This document shows, in pieces, positions 28,914 to 38,430 of a stretch of 54,254 nt of DNA. Within the stretch, counting starts at the first letter, position 1. Every line of letters starts with the position of its first letter. The notes under the pieces are model-generated. The model did no database searches and was not told the DNA's origin. It saw nothing but the letters and a program-made list of their open reading frames with translations. A program made the translations under genes and the position numbers. Source of the stretch: Candidatus Margulisiibacteriota bacterium (GTDB taxonomy: Bacteria > Margulisbacteria > WOR-1 > O2-12-FULL-45-9 > XYB2-FULL-48-7); the NCBI GenBank assembly GCA_028702315.1, contig JAQVPA010000001.1, forward strand, positions 1 through 54,254, in the 5' to 3' direction.

Positions 28914-31316
28914 ATGAGTTTACGAGTAAATCAAACAAAAGCCAATGCCTTTGTGGCCCAATGGCAGAATAGGGTAGGGGAGATCGCGCCCGATTCCGTA
29001 AAGAATTTGAAAATGCTCTTTTTACTGCGGCCAAAACTTGCGGTCGGGCTTTACCAGAGAGCTTTATCGTTCGAACATTCCGATTATTTCCCCCAGCAAA
29101 CAGTGATCACTCGGAACGTTTTGTATCCCGATAACCTGCCTGTTATTGAGAAAATGATCTCGGAGCCGATGTATTTTGCGGCTTGTGTCCAGCAAGGGAA
29201 CGGGGTTCTCGATACGAGAAAATTCGGTTTGCGGCGGAAAGTGAGCGATGAGGAGAGAGAGAGAATAACAACCACCTTGAAGCGGAGGTCGGTCAAAGAT
29301 AAACCGGCAAAATATGTTGAAGAATGGGAAACAAGAATTGGTGCGATCGGCGATCAAACCAAGACAAATTTAACCGAACTATTTCTCCTCTACCCGCAAG
29401 AGGCCAGGAATCATTTTAAGACGGCTAAAATGTTCCGGCGGTCAGGCGAGAAGCCGTTTCCTATGGTCTTGCCGGAGGCACTGCTTAAATATTATAACAG
29501 CGAGCTTCGGCGGGAGGTGCTTGGCGATCCTTTTGTCCTTGCCCAGCACCTCAGAGATTTTGGCCTGTACGATCTTCGAGTTTCGGGATACCGCACAAAG
29601 CCGCAGACGATCGACCTGACCGCCGACCTCCCCGAAGCCCAGCTTTTTGCCGAGTCGCGCGCGGTTTGGGAAGATCCGGAACACCTTAATTCACTCAAGT
29701 ACAGCGAAGAGATCGGCAATAGCGTTTTGATCCGCGATCTTGGCTTGATCCGGATGGAACTGCTCGACAAACCGGCGGAGAAAATAGCCGCCGAGGCGAT
29801 GAATGACCAACAAAAAATCACCGATATACAGGTGGCACTCGGCTATGTCTTTATATATTTTAATAAACTGGTTGATAGATTCCCTTTTGGCGAACGCGAA
29901 TATCGTCAAAAAATTAAAAAATCATTGGTTGTCGCCCGGGAACTGGCCGCGCACAACAATTTAAGCGCGGCGGTGGGGACGATTAGCTCTGTTTACCAAC
30001 TGTTGCAGAATATCAATATTGAGATCCGTGATGAGCGGCTGCGCAATGGGCGGAAACATCGAAGCAGCGGCCGCCATTTCATTAACCGGCCCGAAGAGAC
30101 CGAGATCAGGAAGCTTCGCTGGCGGTATGATCTCAAGATCCGGCCGGACGGAACATGGGAAAAGAAAGCCGCTTACTACCAAAGTGCCGGCCCGGTCCGG
30201 CGCCAGGGGATAATCCCGGCCAGGGTTCATGAGAACGATGTGGTCAGGCAGATGGGCCATATTCTAGAAAACATCAGCCGAGAGAATGCGGAGATCCTGG
30301 TTGAACAAGATCTGCTGACCGCCGTGATCGAAAAGCAGGACTTAAAGGGCGCGCGCCTGGCGACCGCCGAGCTCGGTAAAAAGTATGAAAACGTAATTGA
30401 CCCGGAAAAATTGATCGTCAAGGATTATCTTTTCCTGGCATTGCGCTGTTTTATTAGGATCGAGGAGGCGACAGTCGAAGCGGTCAGAGAGCGGAACTGG
30501 AAGAACGCCGCCCATTACATTGACGCGGCGCTTTATCACCTCAATAACCGCCTTCGGTCGCTCGAATCTCAGTATGCCGCTTTGGAAATCAAGGACGAGG
30601 CGATCCGGGACTACGTTGAATCTGTCCTACAGCGGGATACCGATCTCCGGATTGGGGCGCAGCAACTTCTGGAGATGATCAGTGGACCGTCGTTCCTTTA
30701 TGGGACAAAAGAAACTCTGCCGCTCATGGGCTTGTTAAAGAAAATTGTTGAACTGCGCGATAACCAGCTTAAAGATAAACAGGTTGAATATGGGATGAAA
30801 TATAGCCAGCAGAGGTTTGACGACCAGATCATCCACCTCGCCAGTGCTAAGGGCGAATTAAAAAAGCTGATGAGCGAGCGATTGGAGCATCTTTCGAGTA
30901 TTAAGGAGACGCGAGAGACATTTAAGGCAAGCATGAATCAAGAAAATGAAAAGGCGAAGACAAAGAAAGGGTATAACCCTTGGCCCATGATCGAAAAAGC
31001 GCAAGATCGAGCCTCGATGTGGTTCTCGCAGCAAACTCGCGCGCTGGGCGATGTTACCGGCAGAATGCTGCCGCTGCTTGAGGAATTAGCCCGCCAGATT
31101 GCGCTGATCGAATTCGATATTGAAAAAAAATATATTGAATTCGCCTCAGAGGAAGAGAGGAAAGAACAGGAAAGGCTTTTCCTGGAAAGCCGGGCGGAAC
31201 AATTTAAGTGGTTAGCCGAATTGAAAACCAGCTTTGCGCAAACCGTAAATCATAAGAATAGTAAAGGCGGCAAGATTTTGCAGCTTGATAAGGAATACCT
31301 GGGCTTACGGTTCTAG
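28914..31316 (+). CDS. Hypothetical 800-aa protein: duplicated N-terminal module followed by a long helical/coiled-coil region
   Basis: ANAFVAQWQNRVGEIAPDSVKNLKMLFLLRP is repeated as AKYVEEWETRIGAIGDQTKTNLTELFLLYP. Start is uncertain (28914 or 28842). The ORF-track start at 28551 is antisense to ahcY. Confidence 0.7.
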   Translation: MSLRVNQTKANAFVAQWQNRVGEIAPDSVKNLKMLFLLRPKLAVGLYQRALSFEHSDYFPQQTVITRNVLYPDNLPVIEKMISEPMYFAACVQQGNGVLDTRKFGLRRKVSDEERERITTTLKRRSVKDKPAKYVEEWETRIGAIGDQTKTNLTELFLLYPQEARNHFKTAKMFRRSGEKPFPMVLPEALLKYYNSELRREVLGDPFVLAQHLRDFGLYDLRVSGYRTKPQTIDLTADLPEAQLFAESRAVWEDPEHLNSLKYSEEIGNSVLIRDLGLIRMELLDKPAEKIAAEAMNDQQKITDIQVALGYVFIYFNKLVDRFPFGEREYRQKIKKSLVVARELAAHNNLSAAVGTISSVYQLLQNINIEIRDERLRNGRKHRSSGRHFINRPEETEIRKLRWRYDLKIRPDGTWEKKAAYYQSAGPVRRQGIIPARVHENDVVRQMGHILENISRENAEILVEQDLLTAVIEKQDLKGARLATAELGKKYENVIDPEKLIVKDYLFLALRCFIRIEEATVEAVRERNWKNAAHYIDAALYHLNNRLRSLESQYAALEIKDEAIRDYVESVLQRDTDLRIGAQQLLEMISGPSFLYGTKETLPLMGLLKKIVELRDNQLKDKQVEYGMKYSQQRFDDQIIHLASAKGELKKLMSERLEHLSSIKETRETFKASMNQENEKAKTKKGYNPWPMIEKAQDRASMWFSQQTRALGDVTGRMLPLLEELARQIALIEFDIEKKYIEFASEEERKEQERLFLESRAEQFKWLAELKTSFAQTVNHKNSKGGKILQLDKEYLGLRF

Positions 31317-31399
31317 TTTAAAAGACCCGACCACTTCACCGCAGCGTGGGCAGAGCGTTTTGATGAAATTTAATACAATTTATAACGATAGTTTTTTGT

Positions 31400-32572
31400 A
31401 TGGATGGTATTAAACGAACAGCAAAACAGAGTATTTCTTCCCTTCTCTTTAGAGGCCTTCCCGTTATTGCAGAAGGAAGCAAGCCTCACCTGGCCGAAAT
31501 CGTCCCGGAAATAGGGATTTCGCGGGCAATATTAATTGATCAGATTCGAGCAGAGATCGCTAGCGGCCAATCACTTTGTATCTTAGGCATACCGGGGACA
31601 GGAAAATCAACAATAGTCCAAAACTGGGCCAAAACCATTTTGGGGCCAAAGAATTATTACGTTAACAAAAAGAATACGTGGGAATGGGAAGGGCGGCTTG
31701 GTATCACCGCTGAATTGTTCGATCAAAAGTTGTTAGGTGGCCACGGTCGGAAGAGGATATTTTTTGACGATGTCTTTCCCGCTGCGGCGACAGAAAACAT
31801 GGGCAGTATACAGGAGATAATAAACAATGGCGGGCAGGTGATATTTTCTTATCCAAATTTCGTTGAAGGGTATGCCCGCAACCTGGCCGATGAATTAGGC
31901 GGGAGATTATATGTTTTACCGCCGGCGGATTATAATGAATTTGTTGATACTATGCGTGAGCCGGATTTTATCCGGAAGCATAGCCAGGCCGCTGAATTAT
32001 TAAAGAAATACGGCCAAACGCAATTTTCCGAGGAGACACTGAAAATATTTTACGAGCTATGCGGGGGTAATTACGCCCTCATACTGGATGTTTTATTTAC
32101 GCTTTCATTAACGTCTGATCGGAATAAGGGATGGTTGAAACACTTGCGAGAATATGAAAAAAAATATTATCTGGGCCAGCTGAAGCGTGTAGAAGAAACA
32201 ATAATGGCGGGCGAAGGGGGCGACCAGAAAACCACGGGCGTTATCAAAGAAAGCTCGAAAATTTACCGAGATGCTTATAATATTTATGAAGACGAGCCGC
32301 AGGCTTACCCCCCTCAAGAGCAGATTAAAATCCTTTTCGAGCCGACCTTTCACTCTATTAAAGGGACATTGTTAGCTCATCATGATTGTAAAATGACTGA
32401 TTTTTTGTCGGCCCTGATCCAGGGCTTGCCCTCGGCCGATTTTTGGGGGTTTCACGAAGAGATTCAAGAAAAAATAGTCAGCTGGTTAAAATATGGTTTA
32501 TTAACATTATCCGACAATAAAATTATGTTTCGCGGACAGCTAATCGAATACGAATATTATTTAGAGCAATGA
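31400..32572 (+). CDS. Compact STAND/NB-ARC-like P-loop NTPase (390 aa)
   Basis: Walker A GIPGTGKST (nt 31586-31612) and Walker B RIFFDDV. LYVLPPADYNEFVDTM and ELCGGNYALIL resemble the hxLxPLxxxEA and GGxPLA motifs. Confidence 0.7.
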   Translation: MDGIKRTAKQSISSLLFRGLPVIAEGSKPHLAEIVPEIGISRAILIDQIRAEIASGQSLCILGIPGTGKSTIVQNWAKTILGPKNYYVNKKNTWEWEGRLGITAELFDQKLLGGHGRKRIFFDDVFPAAATENMGSIQEIINNGGQVIFSYPNFVEGYARNLADELGGRLYVLPPADYNEFVDTMREPDFIRKHSQAAELLKKYGQTQFSEETLKIFYELCGGNYALILDVLFTLSLTSDRNKGWLKHLREYEKKYYLGQLKRVEETIMAGEGGDQKTTGVIKESSKIYRDAYNIYEDEPQAYPPQEQIKILFEPTFHSIKGTLLAHHDCKMTDFLSALIQGLPSADFWGFHEEIQEKIVSWLKYGLLTLSDNKIMFRGQLIEYEYYLEQ

Positions 32573-35395
32573 AGCAATGACTGAGTGGCAGCGGCCGCAG
32601 AGGCCCGGATGGTCTGCGTGTTTTCCCACGTCTTCCTTCCACGTCCAGCAGCGTTCGCACTTTTTACCCGGCGCGTGAGAAGCGACCGGTTCCTTATCCC
32701 CCTCGCTTAAGATGACTTTTGAAACAATCATTACCATCGGCAGCAGATTGTCCACCGATTTTAAGAGTTCCAGCTCTTCCCCCTTAGCAAATAACTCGAC
32801 CTGGGCATCGATCGCCGCGCCGATTTCCTTGCTTGCCCTAAGCTCTTCGATCTTCCGGTAAGCTTTTTCCCGGTATTCCAATATTGTTGCCCATTTGGCC
32901 TCTAATTTGTTGTCTAGAAATGCTTTGTTTGGTTGCGGCATATCGAGCAAAAAAATAGAAGATGGGTTTTGGGTTGGGAGGCTGGTCTGGTTGTTGGGTA
33001 ATGGTTGTTGGGTTTTAAGATATTTATGAATATCCTCTGCTGTGAAAGAGAGGATAGGGGCCATTAGCTTAACTAATGTTGTTAGTATTTCGTTCATGGC
33101 GAATTGGGCGGAGGTCCTTTCGAGTGAATTCTTTCCGCCGCAATAAAGCCGGTCTTTCGACATATCGAGGTAGAAGGCTGACAGGTCGTTGACGCAAAAA
33201 TCGTAGAGCCCGTGATAGACGTGATGAAACTCGAATTCGTCATAGGCCTTGATTGATCGCTCAATTAGCTTGTTCAATTTTAATAATATCCATCTATCTA
33301 TTTCGAGCAGGGACTGGGGACTAGGGACTGGGGGCTGGGGGGCAAAGTCGTAAAGATTACTCATTAAAAATCGACAAGTATTCCTGATCTTTAAATATGC
33401 TTCCTGAACTTGCTTTAATATTTTTTCCGATGCTGCCATATCGTTGCGGAAGTCGGTCGAGGCGACCCAGAGGCGGAGGACATCGGCGCCATAGCGTTTG
33501 ACAACGTCATTAGGATCAACGACATTACCGAGCGACTTGCTCATCTTCTTCCCCTTGTCGTCGATCGTAAAGCCGTGCGTCAGGACCGAGTTGAATGGCG
33601 CCCGCCCTTTGTAGCCGACGCCGAGGAGGAGCGACGACTGGAACCAGCCGCGGTGCTGGTCGGACCCTTCCAGATAAAGGTCGGCCGGCCAGCTCAGTTC
33701 TTCGCGCGTTTCGAGCACTGCGGCGTGTGATGAGCCCGATTCAAACCAGACATCGAGAATATCGGTCTCTTTGGTGAATTCCGTTCCGCCGCAATCAGGA
33801 CACTTTGTTCCGGCAGGAAGGATATCTTTAGCTTCGCGCAAAAACCAGCCGTTAGTCCCTTCTTTAAGGACCAACTCCTTGATCGCCTTATTAAACAAAC
33901 CGGTCATCTGCGGCTTTTTGCACTTCTGGCAGTAGAACGCGGGGATCGGGACACCCCACGATCGTTGCCGGGAGATGCACCAGTCGGGGCGGGTCTCGAC
34001 CATCCCGCGGATCCGGTTCTCGCCCCAGGCGGGGTACCACTTGGTATCGATAATCGCCTTGAGCGCCTGGCCGCGCATATCGTGCTTATCGACCGAGATG
34101 AACCACTGTTCGGTGGCGCGGAAAATGACCGGCTTCTTGCAGCGCCAGCAGTGGGGATATTGGTGCTTGAAGAATTCGAGCTTGAGGAGCGAGCCGTTCT
34201 CTTTCATTTTCTCGGTGATCAGCTTGTTCGATTCGTCGTAATGCTTTCCTTTGATAAAATCGGGAACAGTGTCGTCAAAATAGCCGCGGCCGTCGACCGG
34301 CATGACGATCGGCAGTTTATACTTTAAGCCGACCTGGTAGTCCTCGGCGCCATGGCCGGGAGCAATGTGAACGAAGCCGGTCCCCTGTTCGAGCGTGACT
34401 AGATCGCCCAGGACGATCGGGACTTCCCTCTCAACGAATGGATGCTGGCAGAGAATACCTTCGAGAAATTTTCCCTTGGTCTTATCAATGATCTTATGGT
34501 CGGTAAATTCAAGGCGTTTGACGAAGTCTTCCAACAATCCTTCGGCAACAATATAAACTTCTTCCCCTACTTGCAGGAAAACGTACTCGAGTTCAGGATG
34601 CGCCGCCACAGCGACGTTGGCCGGCAGAGTCCAGGGTGTTGTTGTCCAGATGACCACAAACCAAGGAGACTCCAGAACGGTTTTGAATTTAGGATTTTGA
34701 ACTTCGAATTTGTTTAGGATTTCGGATTTCGGATTTAGTATTTCAAACTTAACATAGATCGAGGGCGACCGATCGTCCTCATATTCAATCTCAGCTTCAG
34801 CTAAAGCGGTCTGGTCGGTCGGGCACCAGTGGATCGGTTTAAGCCCGCGGTAAACATACCCTTTTTCCGCTAGAATGCCGAAGAGCTCGATGATCTTGGC
34901 CTCATAAGTGTGGTCGATCGTCAGGTAGGGCTTGTCCCATTCGCCGAAGACGCCAAGCTTTTTAAATTCCTTTCTCTGCAAGTCGACATACTTCATGGCG
35001 TATTCTTTGCATTTATTTCTAAATTCAATAATATCGCTGATCCCCTGATCTCCTGATTTCCTGATCTCCTTGAGCAACTGGGTTTCAATCGGCAAGCCGT
35101 GGCAGTCCCAGCCGGGGATGTAAGGGGCAAAAAAGCCGCTCATCGATTTATATTTAACGACAATATCCTTAAGGACCTTGTTCAGCGCGTGGCCAAGGTG
35201 GATGTCGCCGTTGGGGTAGGGAGGGCCGTCATGGAGAATGTACCTGCGTTCTACGTTCGACGTTCTACTTTCTAATATCTTATGATAAATATCCCCACTT
35301 TCCCAAAACATGAGCTTTTCTTCCTCGACTTTGGCCAGGTTAGCGCGGATCGGGAAGTCGGTTTGCGGTAGGTTTAAAGTTTTCTTGTATTCCAT
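32561..35395 (-). CDS. ileS: Isoleucyl-tRNA synthetase
   Basis: PPYPNGDIHLGH, WTTTPWTLPAN, KMSKSLGN and a C-terminal CERC...CGRC zinc motif. Start set at MEYKKTLNLPQT (35395). Confidence 0.95.
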   Translation of the reverse strand: MEYKKTLNLPQTDFPIRANLAKVEEEKLMFWESGDIYHKILESRTSNVERRYILHDGPPYPNGDIHLGHALNKVLKDIVVKYKSMSGFFAPYIPGWDCHGLPIETQLLKEIRKSGDQGISDIIEFRNKCKEYAMKYVDLQRKEFKKLGVFGEWDKPYLTIDHTYEAKIIELFGILAEKGYVYRGLKPIHWCPTDQTALAEAEIEYEDDRSPSIYVKFEILNPKSEILNKFEVQNPKFKTVLESPWFVVIWTTTPWTLPANVAVAAHPELEYVFLQVGEEVYIVAEGLLEDFVKRLEFTDHKIIDKTKGKFLEGILCQHPFVEREVPIVLGDLVTLEQGTGFVHIAPGHGAEDYQVGLKYKLPIVMPVDGRGYFDDTVPDFIKGKHYDESNKLITEKMKENGSLLKLEFFKHQYPHCWRCKKPVIFRATEQWFISVDKHDMRGQALKAIIDTKWYPAWGENRIRGMVETRPDWCISRQRSWGVPIPAFYCQKCKKPQMTGLFNKAIKELVLKEGTNGWFLREAKDILPAGTKCPDCGGTEFTKETDILDVWFESGSSHAAVLETREELSWPADLYLEGSDQHRGWFQSSLLLGVGYKGRAPFNSVLTHGFTIDDKGKKMSKSLGNVVDPNDVVKRYGADVLRLWVASTDFRNDMAASEKILKQVQEAYLKIRNTCRFLMSNLYDFAPQPPVPSPQSLLEIDRWILLKLNKLIERSIKAYDEFEFHHVYHGLYDFCVNDLSAFYLDMSKDRLYCGGKNSLERTSAQFAMNEILTTLVKLMAPILSFTAEDIHKYLKTQQPLPNNQTSLPTQNPSSIFLLDMPQPNKAFLDNKLEAKWATILEYREKAYRKIEELRASKEIGAAIDAQVELFAKGEELELLKSVDNLLPMVMIVSKVILSEGDKEPVASHAPGKKCERCWTWKEDVGKHADHPGLCGRCHSVIASLL
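32988..33015. repeat. Two 14-nt units inside ileS
   Basis: TGGTTGTTGGGTAA TGGTTGTTGGGTTT, encoding part of KTQQPLPNNQTSLPTQNP. Confidence 0.55.
33310..33344. repeat. Five GGGRCTR heptamers inside ileS
   Basis: GGGACTG GGGACTA GGGACTG GGGGCTG GGGGGCA, encoding PQPPVPSPQSL. Confidence 0.7.
34685..34744. repeat. 60-nt heptamer array (eight GRAYTTN units) inside ileS
   Basis: GAATTTA GGATTTT GAACTTC GAATTTG ttta GGATTTC GGATTTC GGATTTA GTATTTC, encoding KFEILNPKSEILNKFEVQNPKF. Confidence 0.75.
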
Positions 35396-35425
35396 AAGGT
35401 ACCCGCCTTCGGCGGGCAAGTATTC

Positions 35426-35454
35426 ATTTTAACACGACAAATAAGGGATGACAA
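35426..35454 (-). promoter_or_regulatory. Promoter for ileS
   Basis: The minus strand reads TTGTCA-17 nt-TAAAAT. A 30-nt leader follows, containing the hairpin CCCGCC-gaag-GGCGGG. Confidence 0.55.
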
Positions 35455-35460
35455 GAAAGC

Positions 35461-35745
35461 CTAGAAGAGGTAAAGCTTGGCGGCGGCGAGTGCCCCTTTG
35501 ATGCTGTTTCGGAGGGCGGAGACAAGCAATCCATTCCGGGGGGTGAACCCGAGGTCTTCGTTGACGATCAATTCAAGTTTTGATAATTCAGCCTTGGCTT
35601 CTTTGGTGTTTTTTTCGATCAGTTTGATGATATCGTGGATGACCCGGTTTTCTAAGAGACGCAGATAGCTGATATCGCCGTTCTCCTCAATCTCGCGAAC
35701 GACCTCTTTGAAATTATTGATGTTAAACTTTGCAACGGGATTCAT
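35461..35745 (-). CDS. Hypothetical helical protein (94 aa)
   Basis: A GAGGA lies close to the ATG. The gene sits between a histidine kinase and ileS on the same strand. I recognise no motif. Confidence 0.5.
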   Translation of the reverse strand: MNPVAKFNINNFKEVVREIEENGDISYLRLLENRVIHDIIKLIEKNTKEAKAELSKLELIVNEDLGFTPRNGLLVSALRNSIKGALAAAKLYLF

Positions 35746-35792
35746 GTTCCTCTACATATATATCGTCAATAATGGGCGGAAATTTCAGGTTG

Positions 35793-37016
35793 TTAGGTGG
35801 TTGGGAGGGAGACGGTGAAGGTGGTTCCTTTGCTGGGGACGCTGTCGACTAAAAGCTGGCCGTGATGCTCATCAATAATCTTTTTCGTGATGGAGAGCCC
35901 GAGCCCGGTGCCGGCTTCCTTGGTGGTAAAGAACGGATCAAATATCTTTTCGATCGTTTTTCCGTCCATGCCGGGACCGGTATCGGTAATGGAGATCGTA
36001 ATTTTGTTTGGCTCGGTGCGGACGAGTATTTTGAGGTCTCCCCCCTTAGGGCCGATCGCCTGGACGGCGTTAGCGATCAAGTTCATGAAGACTTGAACTA
36101 GCCGGTTATTATCAGCTTTGGCCACCGCTTTTTCCCCGGCCGGCGGATAATTGGTGACCACGTAAACATTGTTCTTTTTTATCTCATAACCAAGGATCGC
36201 GATCACTTTGTTAAGTACGGTTGTCACTTCGACCGGCTCAAACCGGAGTTCATGCATTTTGGAATAGTCGGAGAGCCCGTCGATAATCAGTTTCATCCGT
36301 TCGACTTCGGAGGGGAACATTTTGATAACGCTCTCTTTGAACGATTCGTTGTTCCAGCTTTGGCCCATCGACTGGGCGACGGTCAGGAGGTAAGTTAGCG
36401 GGTTTTTCAGCTCATGGGCGATCCCGGCGACAGTCGTGCCGATCGCGGCGAGCTTTTCCGATTTAATGATCTGTTCCTGGTTTCGCTTGAGCTCTTCCAT
36501 GATGAAAGAGTATTCGATGTTGATCGCCGCCTGGTTGGCCATGATCTCGAGAAAACCAAGGTCTTCGGCCGACCAGCCCCGGCCGTCATTTTTCCGCCCC
36601 AGGAAAATTATTGAAATCAGGGTGGGGATTTTAAAATATTCGCCCCGGCTGACGCTTGGGATAACGACTTCCGCTTTCAGCCTATTAAATTCATCTTTGA
36701 CGGCGGGGGAGCTTGCTTCGCTTTTTACCATGATCTTTTCCCGTTTCAACAGTTCGGCCACAAGCGGGTTGTCCTGGGTGAGAGGGGAGCTGGCGAGCCC
36801 TTCTGCTTCGCCGTAGCCGGCGCGGAGGTCATAGGTCAGCTTGGTCCGGTCAAGGACCAGCATCCCGCCGCCGGATAGTTTCATCGATTTGGTCAAGATA
36901 TATGGGGCAATTTTGGCGAAACGGTTAAGGTCGGTGGTCGGTTTGGTCAAAGTGTGGCTATAACTTAAGATTAGTTTCTGATAATCAAATTTTGGCCGGA
37001 AGAAAAAATTCAACAT
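35793..37016 (-). CDS. Cytoplasmic sensor histidine kinase (GAF-like N terminus, HisKA, HATPase_c)
   Basis: H box AGIAHELKNPL, N box NLIANAVQA, and G boxes DTGPGM and GTGLGL. Confidence 0.9.
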   Translation of the reverse strand: MLNFFFRPKFDYQKLILSYSHTLTKPTTDLNRFAKIAPYILTKSMKLSGGGMLVLDRTKLTYDLRAGYGEAEGLASSPLTQDNPLVAELLKREKIMVKSEASSPAVKDEFNRLKAEVVIPSVSRGEYFKIPTLISIIFLGRKNDGRGWSAEDLGFLEIMANQAAINIEYSFIMEELKRNQEQIIKSEKLAAIGTTVAGIAHELKNPLTYLLTVAQSMGQSWNNESFKESVIKMFPSEVERMKLIIDGLSDYSKMHELRFEPVEVTTVLNKVIAILGYEIKKNNVYVVTNYPPAGEKAVAKADNNRLVQVFMNLIANAVQAIGPKGGDLKILVRTEPNKITISITDTGPGMDGKTIEKIFDPFFTTKEAGTGLGLSITKKIIDEHHGQLLVDSVPSKGTTFTVSLPTT

Positions 37017-37067
37017 AGTTTCTTTCCGGAGAGATTATCGCACAAAAGCTGGCGTTGCGCAATAATA

Positions 37068-37076
37068 TGCTATAAT
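37068..37076 (+). promoter_or_regulatory. Extended -10 promoter (TGCTATAAT)
   Basis: TGCTATAAT is followed by an AGGAGG RBS (37091-37096) and ATG 37102. Confidence 0.5.
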
Positions 37077-37101
37077 TACGACCGATACCCAGGAGGTTAA
37101 G

Positions 37102-37839
37102 ATGAAAAAAACGTTAGTGTTCTGTTTAGCCCTGACCCTGACTCTTTCGACCGCGTTTGCCGCCGATCTTTCTCTTGACGATGTGATCAATAAGCTTCAA
37201 TCCAAACAAAAAAACATCAAGGATATGTACGCGGAGACGGTGACGACGATCAATTCGACGATGGCGATGCCGGGCCAAGCGAGCAAGGGACCGCAAAAGA
37301 TGGTGCAGAAAGGGAAAATGTGGACGAAAGGTGAAGACAAATCAAAGATCGAGATCACTTCTCCGATGAAACAGATCACGATCACCAACGGTGACAAAAT
37401 GGCGGTTATCAATGTTGATACGGGGCAAAAGATGGTCCAGGACCTCAAGAAACTGCGCGAAAAAGAGGGTGGTCTGGGCGGCTCCAGCGGCCAGATGGGG
37501 CTGGAAAAAGCCAAAGAATATTTCAATCTATCGGTCAGGAAGTCCGGCGCTGATTATGTTGTGACCGGCGTGCCGAAAAAAGAGAATAAATTTCTCGGCA
37601 AGATGGAGTTTTACGTTAACAGCGACAAATGGGTGCCGGTCAAGATCATGATGTATGACAGCAAAGGGAAGGCAATGAGCCAATCGGAGATCGAGTACGC
37701 TAAAGTATCGGATAATTGGGTCCCGGTTAAAAACATGTCAAAGATCACTACCCCCATGGGGAAAATGGATGTCGAGATGGAATTTAATAACATTAAGGTC
37801 AATAAGGGAATATCGGACGGGGAGTTTAAGGTAGAGTAG
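37102..37839 (+). CDS. LolA-like outer-membrane lipoprotein-sorting family protein, secreted
   Basis: Signal peptide MKKTLVFCLALTLTLSTAFA. The size and the beta-rich pattern after the signal peptide fit a LolA-fold protein. Confidence 0.65.
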   Translation: MKKTLVFCLALTLTLSTAFAADLSLDDVINKLQSKQKNIKDMYAETVTTINSTMAMPGQASKGPQKMVQKGKMWTKGEDKSKIEITSPMKQITITNGDKMAVINVDTGQKMVQDLKKLREKEGGLGGSSGQMGLEKAKEYFNLSVRKSGADYVVTGVPKKENKFLGKMEFYVNSDKWVPVKIMMYDSKGKAMSQSEIEYAKVSDNWVPVKNMSKITTPMGKMDVEMEFNNIKVNKGISDGEFKVE

Positions 37840-38430
37840 CTACTTCAAAAAGAAAACCGCCATTATCCCCTGGCGGACGAATTGGACGGCGATGGCGGCA
37901 ATGAGGATCGAGGCGATCTTAGTTAAGATTAATGAGCCGTTCTTCCCCAGCACATTGTGGATCGATTCCCCAAAGTAAAGCACCAGCCAAATAAGCAGGA
38001 AACAAGCGGTGATCGCGCTTAAGACGACCGCGAAACCGTATTGTCCCAGCAGGACGATTGCTGTTGTGATCGCCCCCGGACCGACGAGGAGGGGGCAACC
38101 CAAGGGGACAACCCCCATATCTTCTTTATGTTCGATATTGATCCGGCCACGCAACATTATTTCAATCGCAATCAAGAGGAGAAGGATGCCGCCCGCGATC
38201 TTAAAATCGTTGAGGGTCACGCCAAAGAGGTCAAGAATTGCCATGCCAGCGAAGAGAAAGATCAGCAGGAGGCTCAAGCCAGTAAGAATTGCGGTCGTAA
38301 AGATCTTTCTTCTCTCTTTAAGTGTTTCGCCTTCGGTTAGCCCAAGGAAAAAGGGGAGATTGCCCGGCGAATCGGTGATGATAAAGAGGGCGACCAGCGA
38401 TTTTAGGAACGGGCCGATAAACGCTTCCAT
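37840..38430 (-). CDS. MarC/UPF0056-family membrane protein
   Basis: ITDSPGNLPFFLGLTEG motif and six hydrophobic segments. Confidence 0.8.
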   Translation of the reverse strand: MEAFIGPFLKSLVALFIITDSPGNLPFFLGLTEGETLKERRKIFTTAILTGLSLLLIFLFAGMAILDLFGVTLNDFKIAGGILLLLIAIEIMLRGRINIEHKEDMGVVPLGCPLLVGPGAITTAIVLLGQYGFAVVLSAITACFLLIWLVLYFGESIHNVLGKNGSLILTKIASILIAAIAVQFVRQGIMAVFFLK

